The notes beneath the pieces are model-generated. The model had not been told where the DNA came from. It saw only the letters and a list, made by a program, of their open reading frames with translations, and searched no databases. A stretch of 64,000 nucleotides of DNA from Candidatus Levyibacteriota bacterium (GTDB lineage Bacteria > Patescibacteriota > Microgenomatia > Levybacterales > UBA12049): assembly GCA_027334565.1 (NCBI GenBank), contig DAHWUP010000001.1:158726-222725 (forward strand), read 5' to 3'. Below are positions 59,701 to 64,000 of the stretch, piece by piece. Each line of letters opens with the position of its first letter. Position 1 is the stretch's first letter. The translations under genes and the position numbers were made by a program.

Positions 59701-60870
59701 ATGAATAAAAATACCCTTTTTAAGGGCCTTACCAAAGATACTTTCCTGCTTGCTCTAACCAGTTTTTTTGCCGACATATCTACGGAAATGCTCTATCCCG
59801 TTCTACCGATCTTTCTGACCCAAACGCTTAAGGCAAGCGCCGGCATTGTGGGTCTGGTCGAAGGAGTTGCCGAAGCGACCCAAAATATCATCCAGGGATT
59901 CTCCGGTTCTATTTCCGATAAGCTTAGGAAAAGAAAAAATATAGCGGTTTTAGGTTATTCACTCGCCGCTGTCTCAAAACCTTTGATCGGGTTATCGTCG
60001 GTCTGGCAGTTTGTGCTGGGAACCCGGTTCTTGGACAGAATGGGAACAGGGATCCGTTCTGCTCCCAGGGACGCCTTGATCGCGTCTTCGGCTGACACGC
60101 AGAATACGGGAAAGGCATTCGGGCTTGAGGGGATCGGTGATAATTTCGGAGCTTTCGTCGGCCCGCTTGTGGCTATCGTTCTGATATTTACTTTTGGTTT
60201 GAACTTAAGACACGTGTTTTATATCGCTTTCATCCCGGGACTTATGGCTGTGATAATGGTCTTACTCGTAAAAGAAAAGGACGTCATCTTAAAAACGGGG
60301 ACAAATTTAAATTTTTCACTAAAGAGATTGCCCAAATTGTACTGGAAATATATTCTGGTGACCATACTTTTCGGCCTGGGCAACTCGAGCAACTCTTTTC
60401 TAATCCTGCGGACCAAAAACATCGGTGTCTCTTTGGAAGAAACGATCCTGGTTTACGCTTTCTTTAACCTGGTCGCAGCTTTTGCCTCTTATCCGGCGGG
60501 GATGCTTTCCGATAAAATCGGCAGGAGAAATATTTTACTTATTTCTTTCTTGATATTCTTTGTTACCTATTTGGGTTTTGCCGTCAGCACCGATATAATC
60601 CTGATCATATTATTATTTATTTTTTACGGACTTTACCAGGGAATTTTCCGCTCTGTCGGCAAAGCGCTCGCCACCGATTTGGTTCCCCTAGAACTAAGGG
60701 CCAGCGGGGTCGGTTGGTATTCGACCGCCGTCGGTTTAACAAGTTTGTTTGCCAGCGTCGTCGGCGGACAACTGTGGACCATGGTCAATCCGTCGGCAAC
60801 TTTCTATTTTGGGGCGTGTTCCGCCATTATCGGATCGGCTGCGCTCTTGCTTCTTTTTCCGAAACGTTGA
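59701..60870 (+). CDS. MFS transporter
   Basis: 12 predicted TM helices; the GTRFLDRMGTGIRSAPRDALI loop 2-3 motif is typical of the MFS. Confidence 0.85.
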   Translation: MNKNTLFKGLTKDTFLLALTSFFADISTEMLYPVLPIFLTQTLKASAGIVGLVEGVAEATQNIIQGFSGSISDKLRKRKNIAVLGYSLAAVSKPLIGLSSVWQFVLGTRFLDRMGTGIRSAPRDALIASSADTQNTGKAFGLEGIGDNFGAFVGPLVAIVLIFTFGLNLRHVFYIAFIPGLMAVIMVLLVKEKDVILKTGTNLNFSLKRLPKLYWKYILVTILFGLGNSSNSFLILRTKNIGVSLEETILVYAFFNLVAAFASYPAGMLSDKIGRRNILLISFLIFFVTYLGFAVSTDIILIILLFIFYGLYQGIFRSVGKALATDLVPLELRASGVGWYSTAVGLTSLFASVVGGQLWTMVNPSATFYFGACSAIIGSAALLLLFPKR

Positions 60871-60902
60871 TCATATAAAAATTCGGGCAACCTAAAATCA
60901 GA

Positions 60903-61391
60903 TCAGGTGATCTGCTCGATCCTCGGGTTTACCAGTTTCTTGTAATCGGTCGCCTTCATGGCCACGGAAAACCGTCTGTCTCCGGCGTTAAAAACTATTT
61001 TGTCGTTTTTAAAAAGACCGATGTCCGCGATAACTTCAAGCTCGAACAGATTTCCGAAAGGCGGTACGCCGCCGACTACTATGCCATTAGTAAGTTTGTT
61101 TATTTCCTCCACGGTCGCGAACCTGATATCTTTAGAGTTTAATATTTTTTTCAGCCTGTTACCGCTGAACTTTTGATCACCCGGCAATACGACCATTACG
61201 AATCTTTTTCCGGACGATTCCTTTACGCGAAGTATCAATGCTTTTGCTCCTTGGGATAACGAATATTTTCCTTCCCTTACCTTTGCCGCTTCTTCACTGG
61301 TTGTTACCGGCTCATGCTCGAAACTCTCAAACCATAAACCGTTTTGTTCCAGCAAATTTACGATGGTATGCGTGGTCGGGTGGTAATCCAT
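60903..61391 (-). CDS. ybaK: YbaK/ProX-type aminoacyl-tRNA deacylase domain protein
   Basis: 162 aa with GAKALILR...VVLPGDQK...GGVPPFG motifs of the YbaK/ProRS editing domain family. Confidence 0.8.
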   Translation of the reverse strand: MDYHPTTHTIVNLLEQNGLWFESFEHEPVTTSEEAAKVREGKYSLSQGAKALILRVKESSGKRFVMVVLPGDQKFSGNRLKKILNSKDIRFATVEEINKLTNGIVVGGVPPFGNLFELEVIADIGLFKNDKIVFNAGDRRFSVAMKATDYKKLVNPRIEQIT

Positions 61392-61484
61392 GCAAAAATT
61401 ATAGCAAAATTCTATTCGCTAATCCGTGCTTTCAAACATTGACAAACACTTACCAACTAAGTAAGCTTTAGTTTACAAATCAAG

Positions 61485-61724
61485 ATGCAGGACAAAAAGC
61501 CTTATGTCTTAAAAAAAGAAACCGTGATCAGCGAGATCTTAAACGACTGCCCTAAAGCGATCGAATTGTTGGCCGAATACGGGATTTTATGCGTGAGTTG
61601 TTTTTTGAACCAGTTCGACACGCTTGAGACCGGAACAAAAATACATCATATGAGTAACGAAGAAGCTCAAAAAATGATCGACGAAATAAACCTGGAACTT
61701 GCGAAAGAGGAAAACTGGGCTTGA
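61485..61724 (+). CDS. DUF1858 domain protein
   Basis: 79 aa with TVISEILNDCPKAIELLAEYGILCVSC...TLE; sits upstream of sufC, a common context. Confidence 0.55.
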   Translation: MQDKKPYVLKKETVISEILNDCPKAIELLAEYGILCVSCFLNQFDTLETGTKIHHMSNEEAQKMIDEINLELAKEENWA

Positions 61725-62476
61725 TGATGAAAAAACTGGTGATCGATGACTTGTTTGCGCAAACCCTGGAAGGCAAAGAAATTTTAAAAGGGATAAACCT
61801 GACGATAAAACAACCCGAAATGCACGTGGTAATGGGACCCAACGGCGGAGGAAAGTCGACACTGGCGATGGTCCTGATGGGTCATCCCGGATATAAAATA
61901 ACCCGGGGAAAAATTTCGTTAAACGGGAAAGACATCACAAACTTAAGCCCGGATAAAAGAGCAAGACTGGGATTATTCTTAGGATTCCAGTATCCGGTGG
62001 AGGTTCCCGGGGTGAATTTCAGCAATTTCTTAAGGATGGCCGTGAACGAGGAAAGGAAAAAGGGAGACAAACTCTCCCCGATCGCTTTCAGGAACCTGCT
62101 TCTGGACAAAGCCGGACAGCTTTCGGTATCAGAGGATATCGTCAAGCGCATGCTTAACGAAGGGTTTTCAGGCGGTGAGAAAAAGAAAGCGGAAATCCTG
62201 CAGCTTGCGCTACTCAAACCCACTTTCGCGGTCTTGGACGAACCCGACTCGGGGCTCGATGTCGACGCCTTAAAATATATCGCCAAGACCATCAATTCCC
62301 TGGATTTTCCCCTGGGACTTTTATTGATAACTCACTACCAAAGGATTCTGCATTACCTTAAGCCCGACTTTGTCCATATTTTGCTTAATGGAAAGATAGT
62401 AAAATCGGGCAAGGCGGTTCTGGCCAAACAGATCGAAAACTCAGGATACGAACACTTAAAGTATGAAAAACCCTAA
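61721..62476 (+). CDS. sufC: Fe-S cluster assembly ATPase SufC
   Basis: GPNGGGKSTL Walker A, LSGGEKKK ABC signature, and LDEPDSGLD Walker B. Confidence 0.92.
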   Translation: MMMKKLVIDDLFAQTLEGKEILKGINLTIKQPEMHVVMGPNGGGKSTLAMVLMGHPGYKITRGKISLNGKDITNLSPDKRARLGLFLGFQYPVEVPGVNFSNFLRMAVNEERKKGDKLSPIAFRNLLLDKAGQLSVSEDIVKRMLNEGFSGGEKKKAEILQLALLKPTFAVLDEPDSGLDVDALKYIAKTINSLDFPLGLLLITHYQRILHYLKPDFVHILLNGKIVKSGKAVLAKQIENSGYEHLKYEKP

Positions 62477-63857
62477 AATCAAAACAACCTACCAATACGG
62501 CTTTCATAAACCCGACAACCCGACCTTTAAGGTCCCTGTGGGTTTGAACAAAAAAATCGTGGAAATGATTTCCGATTACAAACAGGAGCCCGAATGGATG
62601 AAACAAAAAAGACTTGAGGCATACGAAATTTTTAAACAAAAGCCGATCCCGACCTGGGGTGCCGACCTAAGCAAACTTGATCTTGATAAGTTGTGTTATT
62701 ACAACAACCCGTCGAGAAAAAAATTTAAGAACTGGCGGGATGTCCCCAAAGACATCAAAGAAACATATGACAAAATAGGCGTACCCGAAGCCGAAAAAAA
62801 ATTTCTTGCAGGGGTCGGGGCGCAATACGATTCCGAGGTCATTTATCACCACTTAAAAGAACAATGGGAATCTTTGGGGGTTATCTTTATCGACACCGAC
62901 ACGGCGGTCCGGGAATATCCCGAACTGGTAAAAGAATATTTCGGCACGATAATTCCGGCGAACGACAATAAATTCGCGGCCTTAAATACCGCCGTTTGGA
63001 GCGGAGGAAGTTTTGTTTATGTCCCAAAAGGAGTACACGTAACGATCCCCCTCCAGGCATATTTTAGGATCAACGCCAAAGCCGTCGGACAATTCGAGAG
63101 AACGCTTATCATCGCCGAAGAAGGAAGTTATGTCCATTATGTCGAGGGTTGCTCAGCACCGATTTATACCGCCGACTCGCTGCACGCCGCGGTGGTCGAA
63201 GTGATGGTCAAACCCAGGGCCAGGGTGAGATATACGACCATCCAGAACTGGAGCGGCGACGTTTATAACCTGGTCACCAAAAGAATGATGATCCAGGATG
63301 ACGCCTTCGGAGAATGGATTGACGGAAATTTGGGTGCCAAGGTCACCATGAAATACCCTTCTCTTATTTTAAGCGGCAGAGGCGCAAGGGGCGAAGTGTT
63401 ATCGCTGGCCTATGCTTCAAACGGACAACATCAGGATGCCGGCGGAAAAGCGATCCACCTGGCTCCGGAGACAACCAGCACCATCACCTCTAAATCTGTG
63501 AGCGTCGGCAACGGCCGGGCCAGTTACCGCGGACAGGTAAAAATAGTCAAGGGTGCAAAAAAAAGCAAATCTTTCGTAAGGTGCGATGCTCTCTTGATCG
63601 ACAAGACCTCAAGATCCGATACATATCCTACGAATGAAGTTGCCGAAGAAGATGTCAACCTTGGTCATGAAGCCTCGGTATCGAAGGTGGGAGAACAACA
63701 ATTATTTTATTTGATGAGCAGAGGCCTAAGCGAGGCACAGGCAACCTCATTGATCGTTAACGGTTTTATCGAACCGATCGTCAAAGAACTCCCCCTTGAA
63801 TATGCGGTCGAACTGAATAGACTGATAAACCTGTCGATGGAAGGGGCTGTGGGATAA
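62463..63857 (+). CDS. sufB: Fe-S cluster assembly protein SufB
   Basis: 464-aa SufB/SufD beta-helix family with conserved Cys/His residues; overlaps sufC by 14 nt. Confidence 0.9.
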   Translation: MKNPKIKTTYQYGFHKPDNPTFKVPVGLNKKIVEMISDYKQEPEWMKQKRLEAYEIFKQKPIPTWGADLSKLDLDKLCYYNNPSRKKFKNWRDVPKDIKETYDKIGVPEAEKKFLAGVGAQYDSEVIYHHLKEQWESLGVIFIDTDTAVREYPELVKEYFGTIIPANDNKFAALNTAVWSGGSFVYVPKGVHVTIPLQAYFRINAKAVGQFERTLIIAEEGSYVHYVEGCSAPIYTADSLHAAVVEVMVKPRARVRYTTIQNWSGDVYNLVTKRMMIQDDAFGEWIDGNLGAKVTMKYPSLILSGRGARGEVLSLAYASNGQHQDAGGKAIHLAPETTSTITSKSVSVGNGRASYRGQVKIVKGAKKSKSFVRCDALLIDKTSRSDTYPTNEVAEEDVNLGHEASVSKVGEQQLFYLMSRGLSEAQATSLIVNGFIEPIVKELPLEYAVELNRLINLSMEGAVG

Positions 63858-63868
63858 GGAGCTTTTAA

Positions 63869-64000
63869 AATGATTCAAAAATTAACGATAAAACAAACCG
63901 AGGAATTTTTTTTACCCCTTATTTGGTCGGGAAAGGAAAATCAGATCGATTATGATATCTCACTCTCAAAAGAAGGGGCGAGCATCAGGCTGTTATTGCT
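63869..64000 (+). CDS. sufD: Start of the probable SufD gene (MIQKLTIKQTEEFFLPLIWSG...), truncated by the window end
   Basis: The ATG at 63869 is preceded by AAGGAG. Assignment is by position after sufB and by its N-terminal character. Confidence 0.5.

Overview
This window looks like a low-GC, gene-dense chromosome segment from a reduced-genome bacterium, possibly a CPR/Patescibacteria-like lineage. Its backbone is a very long minus-strand translation/transcription gene array. The array runs rpoB-rpoC-rpsL-rpsG-fusA, then a 5.8 kb inserted island, then tuf-rpsJ, an inserted unknown ORF, the S10/spc/alpha operons, and finally rplM-rpsI. L30 is absent, and L3, L4, S12 and L24 carry lineage-specific extensions. 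The window also holds a bacterial RNase P RNA, a tRNA-Pro(GGG), recX-recA, rny, and hup. Other clusters are polyprenyl synthase-ispH-idi (isoprenoid), a rhodanese/ArsR/glutaredoxin/DUF2892 group, alaS, a thymidine-phosphorylase-family gene with mltG, rodZ with ftsK, a signal-peptidase-I/CAP fusion, an MFS transporter, ybaK, and the start of sufCBD. No CRISPR array, transposase or integrase was seen. The most unusual locus is a compositionally atypical, acidic, unknown 181-aa gene between rpsJ and rplC, which are almost universally adjacent; a promoter-like element, a tiny uORF and a terminator-like hairpin lie upstream of rplC. Also notable are a mixed-orientation accessory island splitting fusA from tuf, with two paralogous Hjc/PD-(D/E)XK-like hypothetical proteins, and a 770-aa membrane protein translationally coupled to alaS.
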